Assembly (NCBI GenBank): GCA_001687465.1
Contig: LVLI01000385.1
Span: forward strand, 1-45,039
From: Halocafeteria seosinensis
Taxonomy: Eukaryota
Reading direction: 5' to 3'
DNA: 45,039 nucleotides
Below are positions 23,034 to 34,375 of this stretch, one piece after another. Numbering within the stretch: the stretch's first letter is position 1; every line of letters begins with the position of its first letter. The notes under the pieces were generated by a model. It saw only the letters and a list, made by a program, of their open reading frames with translations. It had not been told where the DNA came from and did no database searches. A program made the translations under genes and the position numbers.

Positions 23034-26000
23034 CTACGAAGTCGTCGAAAGATTTTGCCGCAATGCTTCGAGTTTCACAGCAGCTCCATTGAGAGAATCA
23101 ACCAAAACGCGTTTCCTCCAATCCACTAGACTTAGGCTGTTGCGTTCAGCGGAGAACATGGCGCGTTGGGACTCCATACAGGAGCTGTCGGGAAGAGCGA
23201 CTCGAGTTCTCCTCAGACAATTCTCTAAACGGAGAACTTTCATTTTGAGAGACTGTCGCGATTTCTTAGTCTGTGCCTCTCCACCTTGAGATGTCGCCAA
23301 CCATTGGTTAAGAGCCGAATGAATACTCAGGAGCATGTCTTCCACTGAACGTGACTCTACAAATGTTTCTAATCCCGATTCAGCTAAGTTCTGAATTGTT
23401 CGAGCTGAACAAACCGGATATTCAGACTTGCGCCCAATAGCCGGGAAACGATTTACATCTTGTTCCAAGGCAGAGGAATAGTAACCACTAAGAGCATATT
23501 GTTCTAAAGAAATCAAGCTCCAAGCACTTTGTTTCCACGGGCAAGCGTGAAAATATCGAGCTGCCGATCTAGACGTCCAAGTTGAACCATCGTACATCGA
23601 GGCAACTGTTTTCAGTCGCATTAACTCATATGGTGAAATTGATGTGGACGCTTCATCTTCAGCTCCTGGATTGGTTGATTCATGTTGCCTGTTCTTGAGG
23701 GTTTCGTGGATGGCATATTTCCATGACGCATCGAAGGCGTAGCTGCAGGCATTTGAAGACGATCGAGGAGTAGAGATGCCCGAAAAACACCCATGCAGCG
23801 CCAGAACTCCAAGCTTAGCCCACGCATCATAATCCCATGGAGAGTTTCGGACCGTCCTACATAAACCACCTCTAAGGGCATTACAGAGGCTCAGAGTGTC
23901 CAAGAACAGACATGCAGCTAGAGAAACCTTGCTCGTCTCACAATCAAGACAGCTGAAGTCATCAATAAGGGTTTTGAGCAGACTGACAGCCCCATCGGTA
24001 TTGGCAGTCAAAGCGAAACGCGCCAGAGCAATTTGATGAGACTTTTTTCGGGAAAAAGAGTCCTCGCTAACACTAAGGTCACACGATGCATTTGGATCCA
24101 GTCTGAGGTTCAACAGCGCTGCCGCAGAGGCATCTTCCAGCAGTTTTTTCCGTTCCGAACTTGCTGTTTTGTTTTTCGTCGAAGGCTCATCGCCGCTGAC
24201 GTATTTTACAATTGCAGAAATAAGGACATGCAATTGAGACTTTGGTACCCTTTCTGCTGACAGGTGTAATGTGGGGGGCGATGCCTCTTTAATGTTTCTC
24301 GAAAGGCCTTCCCGAAGCTGCACGGTTGGATGGTTGATGGACAATTCCACCCAGTACAAGAAAATTCGCACATTATATAGCATCTTCTCCAAAAGAGTTT
24401 GGATCCTTTGGTCCTCGACTGACTCTCCTAGGAATCCCATCCGCATCATAACAAGTATTCGGGAAATACATGCCTCTGCCCACTTTCTAGCAACGGGGAA
24501 GTTCTCCGAGGAAGCTTCATCCAACGCCTTAGCATAAAGCGCTACCACGTTCGTAGGAGCACGCATGCATCCCACATACAGTAATGAAGAACTATCCAAA
24601 GCTTTATCAGAAGTACTTTTTCCCGGAGAATAGTTATAGCATGGTTGTCCATCTATATGCAACGGCTGAACATAGTTACTCCCGTATATGGACGCTGGGA
24701 CGCTAGCAAAGGCAGACAACGTCAAATCTGTAGCCGATATAAATGCAGCAGCCGCACGAGATCGGAAACGCAAAAAGTCTGAAGAACTAGCACTTGAGCT
24801 ATCTCTCAAAGCGGCTAACATTGCTTGCGCTTCGCTAACAAAGCCATGACCAACCCACATGCTGTCGTTGTTTGGATCATGAGTCTGGGCTTGCAATAAA
24901 GTTGACTTCGCCAACTTTAGCTGCCCGTTTTCTATGTAAATCATCCCCAAATTGCACAAAGATGTACCACCACCACCCAAATGTACAGCACGGATTAATG
25001 CATGTTGAGCAACCAGCGGATTCTCGACAGCACACCCGTACCCATTCCATGCGCGAGCATATCGGGGAGCGAGCTTGATAGCCTTCTCATATGCGGCCGC
25101 AGCGCGGCGTGCCAGACGTCGCGCCAAGTGTCTACTCTGCATGCGAGTAATGCACACTTCCTTGCTTTCAGTGTGGCATTCCACGCTCATCAACGGTACT
25201 GAAGAGACACCCATAGCTGCCCTAATAGCTTGCGCTTGATACCAAAAGGACCTTGCTAGATCACACCAATGGTCGGCGTTCTCTGGCTCGCATCTAACAG
25301 CATTAGAGAAAGCTGCGCTTGCATAAGTGGCATAGCATTGAGGTCCTTCCCCTTCCGCTGCGGAATAAACGTCAACGTAACATCCTTCATCCCCTTCCGT
25401 CATTGAGGTGACAGCACCACTAAACTCCAGACAAACGCGTCCTCTAGGACCTATGTACACAGGCAGCTGACTATTCCAAGTCGGCGATTCACGCATGGGG
25501 TCACATTTCGAAGGAAATACGAAATTTTCGTCGTCAATGACGACAGTGCTACTGAAAGCTTCTTTCTGCGGCACAATGCCAAGTGAAATCAACGCTGCCT
25601 CCGGCCCGTACATTTCGGGACAAATGTGGAAAGTGCACGAATACAGTTCTCCTATAAGGTTCCATGCAGCAGCTACATTTCTGTAGGCTCTTAAAAACTG
25701 GGCATGCTCCTTCTGCTCGACTTTAACAGGGATTCTTCCGACAAGCATACTCGCTCGCGCAATCCCTGTCTTGATATGAGCAAGCGCCAAACTAACAGTT
25801 CCTTCTTCCAGATGGGATTTTGCTATTGCAAGGTGAGACTGAGCGCAGCCATACAATGCTGCCGCTGAGGTTCCTTGGAGAGATAGACCCATTTCGTAAC
25901 GAATGACAGCAAATTTATGTTGGCTTAAAGAGGAATTTATGCGCGCAGCAAGAAACAGTGAATCCGCATCATAGCAATGTGTTACTGCATCCGCAGGCGC

Positions 26001-29000
26001 TGCTATGCACTGAGGTTTTCGGAGACTTGCGCAAGCTTCTGGTGAGATCTCTGAAGAGAAAATGTGATAGGAACTAAGCCGCTCTTCAATCTGCTGTTCT
26101 CTCGAAGGAACCTGTAGCAACAAGCACTTCGCTACCGCCTTCTGGGAAGCAGTGAGTTTACCAAGGAGAAGGTATATCTCCGCAAGTTGCTTCCAAGTCT
26201 TCCAACCATTTGCCCCTGCACGCTGTACCATATGAAGGCAATCGATACAGTTGTGGAGTGCTTCTTCACTCCTCTCTGCTATGCATGCCTCAGTCATCCA
26301 ATGGGGACCGTTCTTTCTTTGGGACCGCCTAAGAAACGATTTTTCGGGGAATTCATCATTCGTAAGACCGTATTCGTGTAGTTTTGCAGTTACTAAGCAC
26401 GCCCAGATCGATTTCGAAGCGCCCCATAAACCTATGTAGTCATACATGAAATTGATTGATTCGTTATAGCTTCCCCAGAGAACAAGTATATCACATAACG
26501 ACTTCGCGGCGTGTGCGTGATGGCTATACAAGCTCAGTGCCTTCTTTGCCAATTTCGTTCCTCGTTCCTTGATAGCAACCACACGCTCGGGTACTGACGA
26601 GCCTGGTTCTAAGGTGCGAACGCTCTCCTTAAGACGTTCATAGAACACATCAGCCAATGATGCTAGCGTGTCGCAGTGGATAATTCCACTGTTTGCAATC
26701 GACAACAAAGCTTGTTGAGCCATTTTCAGGTACTCTTCCCTATCGTCAGCGTTATGCTCGTTCACAAATTGCTTACGTTTCCACTGACCATATCGATAGG
26801 CGAATGGAATTTGTCGTAATTCAGCACCGCACATTGTGCCTCTGAGAACTGAGAGGTCTACATCCGCCAATTGAGGCCACCGTACCGTAGAAAGAAGGTC
26901 GGTTGAAATATCGCCAAATGCAGACTGATCATGCATCAAAGCTGAGTCAGACGCAAGTACCAGACGAATACTTAGGTCGGCAAAATCACTTAGAGACTTC
27001 ATAGCAACATCCTTCGAATAGCGTGAAGTTAACAACGTGGCAGACTCGCGACATCTTGCTAACACTTGAATGTAATACTTCAAAGGGAGAGGGGTAGCGT
27101 TGTCAACTGAGACCAACACCCATTCAATCATCAGTTCAACCGCCGCGCAGCTCAGGCTACACCAGACATTATCCACTGCTTGTAGCATAGACACTTCAGG
27201 CATTCCTCCGGCATCACCAATACACCATTTTAGTAGTTTGCATTCCGGAGCAGGCAAGTACTTAATGAACAGACGCAATGCAACCAGCATCCACCCAGAA
27301 AGTTTGAGCTGTCGCCCGGGGGCATCGCCGTGAAACCGGCATTCTGATGCACCCAGCGCTTCCTCCACCAGGACATCGCCTTGTGTCTCGAATTCGGCAG
27401 ATCTTATATTGCTTTGGGAAAAGAGTTGATTAAGGCCACAACCAACCAAAGAATGCAAGGGGAAAAAAGATCGGAATTCATGGCCAAGCATGCTGTAGTC
27501 GGGACACACTCCTGCATCGAGAACCAATAAGTTGCTGCCCGAGAAAAGCCACATAGCATGCCGAACAACGTGAACAAACTTCTCCATAACCAGAATGTCC
27601 CAATAGCACAGCATGTCCAAATTATTCGCCCACACTTGCTTGAAATAATGGAAGAAAACATCAATTGCCAAATGTATTAGCTCCTGAGAATCCAAATAGC
27701 TTTCTTTCCCTTCACAGTTACAGAAACGCTCCACACCGAGGCAATTCCACTGGTCAATCAAAGGGACCGGAAGCGTAGATACCCGTTTGCGCCTTATGGA
27801 GGCTTCCAGTACGTAGTCTGCTAACTGTAAAATCGGGGCAGGTGAATAAAGCAAGTTCAAGGCTCTCTCCATAGGAATACTGCCGCAAGATAGAGCAACG
27901 CAATTGAACAGTTTGTGTATGCCATGGTCAAACTCGGCTCCTTTATATGCGAGAGAATGCGTATCGAAGAGAGAGGACATATCGCCTGAAAAATCTCGCA
28001 GCCTTCGTTGAGAGTGGAGAGCAGCTTCTCCGGAGATACTCCCAACGTCTATGGTAAACGCTCCCAACAACAGCACGAGGCCTTCTAGGAAGTGTTCTGA
28101 GTAGTACACCATTTGCTTGCTGGATCTGAAAGTGAACAAGATATCACTCTGAAAGCACGTTTTCGTATCTGACTGCTCTTCATACATGATGCTTTCAATG
28201 ACGGAATGAGCAGTCTGACGTTCTTCCGAGCACAATCTAAGGATAGCGGGCTCATCACATTGCATCAATAGGGATAGGCAGGAAAAATAAACTCCGGCAA
28301 GGAGTAGCTGACATTGACTAATACCGCCTGTGGCACCGTCTGGTTCCACTAGTAACTTCCGAAACTTCTTCAACCGTTCGGCCACACTTTGAGCAGTGGA
28401 CGGAGAAGCATGCGACGCGTCTCTCTGAAGCGCACAGGAAAGTAGTAAACGAACTGACTGCAGTACTTCCGATTGGTCTGCCGGGCCTGTGCTATTCCAT
28501 CTTGTACCACCCGTCGATCCATATTGGTAACTATAGTATCTTTCCAATACGTCTAGTAACGGGACCATTAAACCTCTTTCGTCAAACATGGACAAAACGT
28601 CGCAGCCTCGTTTAAAATCAGCACCCATTTGTATCTTATAGAACGCGCCCATTCCGCATGTTTCGACAAGCCTGGAAAACGTGGGTCGATCGACACCGTC
28701 GGAGGCACAAAGTTCTAGTACGCTTCCTAAGTTTGTCAGAGCTTGATCAGGCTGTCCACAACGGATGCAAATTTCCGATTCCTTCAAAAGATAGGTGGCT
28801 TGCTTTGAGGGCTTCCCCTCATCCCTGCGCAACGCGAAGAGAATGAATGAAAGAGGTGTCCTTAATTTGCAGTTGCTGTCTTACCTGCTGGATTCAGCCA
28901 GAATGGAATAACACCCTTTTAGCCTTTCCCGACGCCGCGACGTCATTATTATACATTTTTCTAGTGGAAAATCACCAGTTGTGTTCGGTAAAGCAGGTCG

Positions 29001-29608
29001 AGATGCAGGGGGAGCGATGGCCTCACGCAGTGTATCCGCGAGTCCCTTCCAGGCATGAAGTTCATCCGCGACATTTTCATTGTTTTGCTGACGCGACCAC
29101 AAGATCCACTCAAAACACCTCTCAGCGGTTACATACTGTACGAAGGAAAAAGTATGCATGGGTTATCTACCACCACCACCACCACGTTCGAGCCGTGTTT
29201 ACTACGTACATCATCTAGCTTCCGACTAGCTTGTCCAAAGAGGAGAGCGAAAGTCTTCACTGTGTTATTCTCGACATTTTCGAGCTGTATGGGACGATTC
29301 CCCTCATGTAAGCTCCTTAGTAGACCCTCGTTTCTATCTTCCTCTCCGGAAACAACTTCTATCTGATCCTCCAGCAGGAGGAATTCCACAAATGCTGGAA
29401 CACGATCTCCCTCTTTCACATTTTTCTTACAGCTCCCGAGAATCTCCAGGCAGGAGTCGTATGCATTCCGATACGGGTCTTCCTTCGGTTTAGCACCGGC
29501 ATCAGTGCTGTCCTCCTGCTGCTGCTGTTGTGGTCGTAAATGGGCCTTGATCTCCTTGACATGGCTCTTGGTAATCCATGTCCCCGGGCTATCCGACGCT
29601 GCACTCAT
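23034..29608 (-). CDS. SKI3: Superkiller complex TPR subunit SKI3/TTC37, ~2146 aa; introns 29209-29136 and 28884-28825
   Basis: N-terminal AWKGLA and TPR-like helices. The family-typical block is AWNGYG...AQHALIRAV...LCNLGMIY...AQTHDP...MWVGHG. Exons sum to 6441 nt, in frame. Confidence 0.82.
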
Positions 29609-30057
29609 CTCTCGCTCTATCTTGCCTACCTCCTACGCATGTGCATATTACAAAATCATCATGAGGCTACGGAGTATAGACCAAACATAGCCCTGAAATA
29701 TCGTCTGTATCCCTCGATATGCCACCATGTTGGTAATGTGAAGCTCGAAGTGAGTGAGAGCAAGGGCCACATCCATACGAAAGTCTAGAGTAGTATAAAA
29801 TGTTCGTGCTGTTTCTTTAGTGCGTTATGACGATACATCGTCTGCTAATGCCTTTCCAACTCCGCGAAATTTGTCACAGGAAAGCGTTCCCCCAACAAAT
29901 TCCAGAGGGACTACCGTGGCCAAGGAGCCATGTTCCATACAGGATGCCATGGCGATGATGCCGTAACGCTTGTTCTTAGATGGGTACTTCCGTAGTGCAC
30001 AATCAGAATATTTTGTGAGAGGAGTTATTCTACATTGTACAATCAACGAGGGGGAAG

Positions 30058-31963
30058 ATGGTCATTCCCACATGTGGCCAGTATGGACTGGCCAGCATGG
30101 CAATCTCCTTGCTAGTATTAACCATAACAATTGCAGAAGGCGTCAGAGCGCAGTCAATGGACCATCGTTTCCATGAGGTCTCTTATTTCACACCGAAACA
30201 ACATCTCTTGGCTGTCTTGGAAACCTTTGCTGGGTCGAGTGTGGACCAGAAAGCCACTCAAAGACAGTATAATGCTACCCCAAATCGGCCAATTTACCCT
30301 TCGAATACATTCGGAATTAGTGCATGGAATAAGCCAAAAACCCTTGTCATGATTGCTGAGCATTCTATGGGAACTGATCTCGTGATTACCGAGCTACTTC
30401 GAGTAGATCACCCATTTTGGAGTGGATGCGAAGTTGTCATATACAGATACGGTTACATCCGAGAGTACGACATACTCAACCATTATCAGGATGATAATCG
30501 TATTAGTCTAGTAAACAATGTCCGTGTAGGAGGAGAAGAACCGAGACTTGAAGATTTACCCACCAGAGATCAGTCAGTAGTGGCAGTTCTGCTAGATGAT
30601 TCCACATACTCCGTCCTGGCTAGCCATGTTCTCTTCTTCAGAAAGGTCCCAATCGTCATCCTTGGGAGTGGAAAAAGGAATCCAAAAACGCCCTTTAATG
30701 TTAATCAAAGAATAATCGACCAAAAGTGCAGTATTTGCTTTGCATTTTCATACCAGGATGGTGTCAACCTATGGAGAGAAGGATTTTCTATCACTCGATA
30801 CACAGTTGTCACTAACCCTGGTACGGAATATTACATATCCGGCTATGAGATACTTCTACACGGTGTTTGAACGTGCAGTCACTTCGGGACTTTCCAGATA
30901 TTATTCGCAGCGAAAATGTTGGCTGAACGCAGAGGTACGGTCCATGGTCTTTTGGGAATTTAACAGTATGTATGTGTAAGTTACGCTGCAGGATACTGGC
31001 TGCCGTAGAGCTATGAAGGAATTGCTAAAGATGTCCTCTGTCTCGTTCTCACATCACGCGTGGTCATTTGATGGACCAACTAGAATTATCGGTTACATGC
31101 ACCAAAGAATAAAGAGTTTACTAGGCAAAAGGTCCGATATTATTGAGTCGGACTTTAGGAATGTCCCAGCTAATGTAAACGATCGACTGGAGTCACTGAA
31201 GTATAAGAGTACGTACGCTGCAATTCTGCAAGTATATCAACGGCCTGAGTGGATTCTGGAAGAGCAACTGGCTAGGCTCGATCGTTCTACGCGGGTTCCC
31301 ACGGAAGTATTCGTGATGCAAAACCAGGAGTACGTTGATATACGACAGACTCTGACTAGAAGGCCACACCTAAAGCATCTACATGCCGTGAATTTCAACA
31401 CAAAATTCTTTGGGCGTTTCTTGCTGCCTTCCTTCTTGCAACAAGAATATATGGTGCTATTAGATGACGACGTCATCTTTGGGAGTGAGTGGATCGAGCA
31501 CGCTCTTGCGAAAGTGGAGCAACACTATGCCGCAGTATCTTCATGGACAGCTGTTGTCAAGGAAGCAGTACTGAAGCGACCTGTTGTGAATTATTTAGAT
31601 GCTCGAGAAGTTATCTACAGTGGAGAATTCGACACGGAAGCCGACATATTCGGTCATTGGTTTATTTTTAGACGAAGCTGGATACATTACTTTTTCTCCT
31701 TACCTACGGCGACGTTGTGGACCGGCGAGGATTTATCATTTCCGTACTTGGGGCAAGAACTCTCTAGGGTCAGGTCAATAGCAGGGTGTATTGATGAAGA
31801 AAATGCCGAAAGTGCTGGCGAACTTTATGTAGAAGAAGTAGAGGAGCTGCAGCGTGTTGCATCGGGACGTTCGTTAACGAGCCAGGAAGTCCGCACCTCC
31901 TTGCTACAATACCTAGTTAAGCGAAATTGGGTAATTGTCGAACAGCGATCCCATCCTGTCTGA
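30058..31963 (+). CDS. Secretory-pathway GT-A fold glycosyltransferase (GT2-like/GT64-like C-terminal domain), ~596 aa; introns 30821-30878 and 30935-30991 join the two listed ORFs
   Basis: Hydrophobic N-terminal signal or anchor (MAISLLVLTITIAEG). The C-domain carries YAAILQVYQR, KFFGRF, LLDDDVIFG (DXD) and TGEDL. Both GTACGG...TGCAG introns keep the frame (1791 nt total). Confidence 0.8.
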
Positions 31964-32003
31964 GAGCGATGAGAGCTATCTAGTTGAACATGATACACGT
32001 GAT

Positions 32004-33905
32004 TCAACCGGTATTTTCGGGCAGTTCCTGGAGCATGAAGCCTTTCATTTGAAGAAGGCTACTCCGCACGTAGTTAAGCAAGAATTTGGAGTGGACACGG
32101 AACATTTCAGTCCGCATACGTTGAATCAAGGGACTCCCTTGAATACTATGGATATCTTCTAGCATTAAATTGATTTCATCTTCCTCATATGTAAGACCGT
32201 AGCCGAACCATCTACGTTGAAAGCGAGTGGGTAAAGTCCGAGAGAACGTCCGCTTATGAAAATCGAACAAGTTGGATAGCGACGTTTGTTGCCGCGGCGA
32301 TTCGACGCTGAGAGCTGAAAAAGGCCACAGCCATGAATCAGACAGGATGATTGGAATAGCTCCGAAACGTATAGCCTCCATAAGTCTATAGGAGTGGAGA
32401 CCATCTCCCCGGCAGATGAAAGCAAATGCTGAACTGGTCATTAGTTCTGAGTAGCGAATTTGCTGAGATGATATGGAGCCATCGCTGCCCAAGAATGGCT
32501 CTAATTCGACAATTACGTTTTTATAATTGATGGCTGATCTGTTCAACTTCCACCGGGTATCAATCTTCTGTATGACTTCCGGACGAAAGTTTGACGAGTT
32601 GAATAGTCCCCAAGGGGTTCCTCTAAAACAAGCTAAGTATGGCCTCCGGAGATTCCACATACTCTTTGTGGTATATACTAACGGGGGAAGTGGAACTACG
32701 ATATCGGCGGGGCGGCGGTATCCAGTATTGGACCCCTGCGCAGATCTACGTGCGTAACTTTGTCTGTCGAAACCGGATTTCCAAACAATGGCGTCGTCGA
32801 ATCGTGTGAACGGACATCTTGAGTCGGTCCAATCCAGAATCACGTGACCTCTTCCGTTGTTCCAATACGGAAGATTCCGTAGTCGTCTCAAAATATCTTC
32901 GCGACTTCCGAAGCCTTCAGGGTCGGTGCGAGTATATGGTCCCAATGGCGTCGTATCAAAAGAAGGAAACAGTAAGCAAGCTTGCTTGGGATCGTTGATT
33001 ACTGTAGCCTGAGTTCTTATCTGATCGAGGTACTTTTTATAAGTGCTTGAGAGGGGGTAGTTTATCCAAGGGTATATGTAGACCGTAAAGTGCGGCTGCA
33101 TCCGAAGTCCTCCATCATTCCCAAGGCTGATCGCGTTGTCTACACTGTAATTGATGCAAGGCCACCAGCTTCTTCCAAGTGCGGCAGATGTAGTAGGCGT
33201 CGAATGTTCGCGCGAGCTAGCGCGACAAACGCCTGTGACCAGTTGCGCCATTGTTTCATCCCTACTAAATATTTCTAGTTTTTCCAAAAGCACAGATAGA
33301 TCGTCGCGCTTAATGAACTGTTCTTCCGTATGTGTTTTTGTCTGGTCGTAAACGTGAACCATGTCCACGGTATCGAAGTAACAGCTTTTAGCGGGATGAC
33401 AGTACTTTTTTGCACCACCGAAAGGGGATGAAGGAATAGAATCACTCCTCCTATGGACTGTGCATACAGCCCCTAACATATGATCACCTGCAAACCCTGT
33501 GGACGGAGCTTGGAAGTATTCGTATAACGACACGAAAGGATTGACGTCGTCTGGGCTGTAAAATAGTATGAAAGAAGGCGTCACTTTCGGACATTCTTCA
33601 TGAATTCTTTTCATCTCTTCAAGGGAAAGCTTTTGATTTGTGGTAGGCTCTCCTGTACACAGCAACACCGGCATTGCTTCGCTGCAGATATAGTGAAGTA
33701 CGTACTCTACCTGGAATCTCCAGCTGCGGAGTTCCACCACTGGAGCACTCATTCGTGGACAATCTGACGGATACAACTGAGCAGCGGTATTTTCCAAAAT
33801 CCCCATGATGCATAGCAGCGCGAGCCCAGCAATTGCATTAAATACTGTTCTCCTGTGCCTGGCGTGTCGTACGAGGCTTGACGTTCCGGCTCCTCTACCC
33901 TGCAT
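32004..33905 (-). CDS. Exostosin-family GT47 glycosyltransferase, 633 aa, type II membrane topology, no GT64 domain
   Basis: Basic N-terminus plus a TM segment. EXT-type GT47 motifs FTVYIYP, DPKQACLLFPSFDT, LPYWNNGRGH, YLACFRG, YSELMTSSAFAFICRG and SYRLMEAIRFGAIPIILSD.WLWPF. Confidence 0.88.
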   Translation of the reverse strand: MQGRGAGTSSLVRHARHRRTVFNAIAGLALLCIMGILENTAAQLYPSDCPRMSAPVVELRSWRFQVEYVLHYICSEAMPVLLCTGEPTTNQKLSLEEMKRIHEECPKVTPSFILFYSPDDVNPFVSLYEYFQAPSTGFAGDHMLGAVCTVHRRSDSIPSSPFGGAKKYCHPAKSCYFDTVDMVHVYDQTKTHTEEQFIKRDDLSVLLEKLEIFSRDETMAQLVTGVCRASSREHSTPTTSAALGRSWWPCINYSVDNAISLGNDGGLRMQPHFTVYIYPWINYPLSSTYKKYLDQIRTQATVINDPKQACLLFPSFDTTPLGPYTRTDPEGFGSREDILRRLRNLPYWNNGRGHVILDWTDSRCPFTRFDDAIVWKSGFDRQSYARRSAQGSNTGYRRPADIVVPLPPLVYTTKSMWNLRRPYLACFRGTPWGLFNSSNFRPEVIQKIDTRWKLNRSAINYKNVIVELEPFLGSDGSISSQQIRYSELMTSSAFAFICRGDGLHSYRLMEAIRFGAIPIILSDSWLWPFSALSVESPRQQTSLSNLFDFHKRTFSRTLPTRFQRRWFGYGLTYEEDEINLMLEDIHSIQGSPLIQRMRTEMFRVHSKFLLNYVRSSLLQMKGFMLQELPENTG

Positions 33906-34375
33906 TTCAGTGCGCCGATCGCTGGTGCGTGAGCGATCGGGGCGCTTATGAAATTTGCTGGAGATTTATGACTCTATCAGCCAATAGAATATTTACCTAA
34001 GGAGTATGGCATGACTGAACGTGCTCAAACCAAGCATATCAGACTCATGGTTTTCCCCGAAGAAACGTTGCTCTCTCGTCCGAATAATGCCAAATCTCGC
34101 ATGACTTGACTCCCGTATACCCCCCTCTTTAGTATCTTGATGTACCACAATCCGGCTCTACGGAAGTCCGAAGTGACCCGTGGCACATTCCCGCCAGTGG
34201 TCGTTTGAATCCGGGACCCAACTTCACAAAAAAGACGGTTCAAAACAAATTCAAACAAGGGGGTAAAACCTTGTTCTAGCTCTACGTCGTGTTGATTGGT
34301 CTATTCTCGACTGTGTTTGCAGAGAAGTGGTGTGTGATAGAGGCTGCAAGTGTTGCCGAGGCCACTCGACACAGA

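Noticed and set aside
15014..29608. Functional RNA-processing cluster (CPSF73 plus SKI3)
   Set aside because: They are separated by an unrelated gene and act in different compartments. Proximity is expected by chance in a dense genome.
30821..30991. Introner-type repeated introns (shared GTACGG donors, similar length)
   Set aside because: Intron interiors share no similarity with each other or with other introns in the window.
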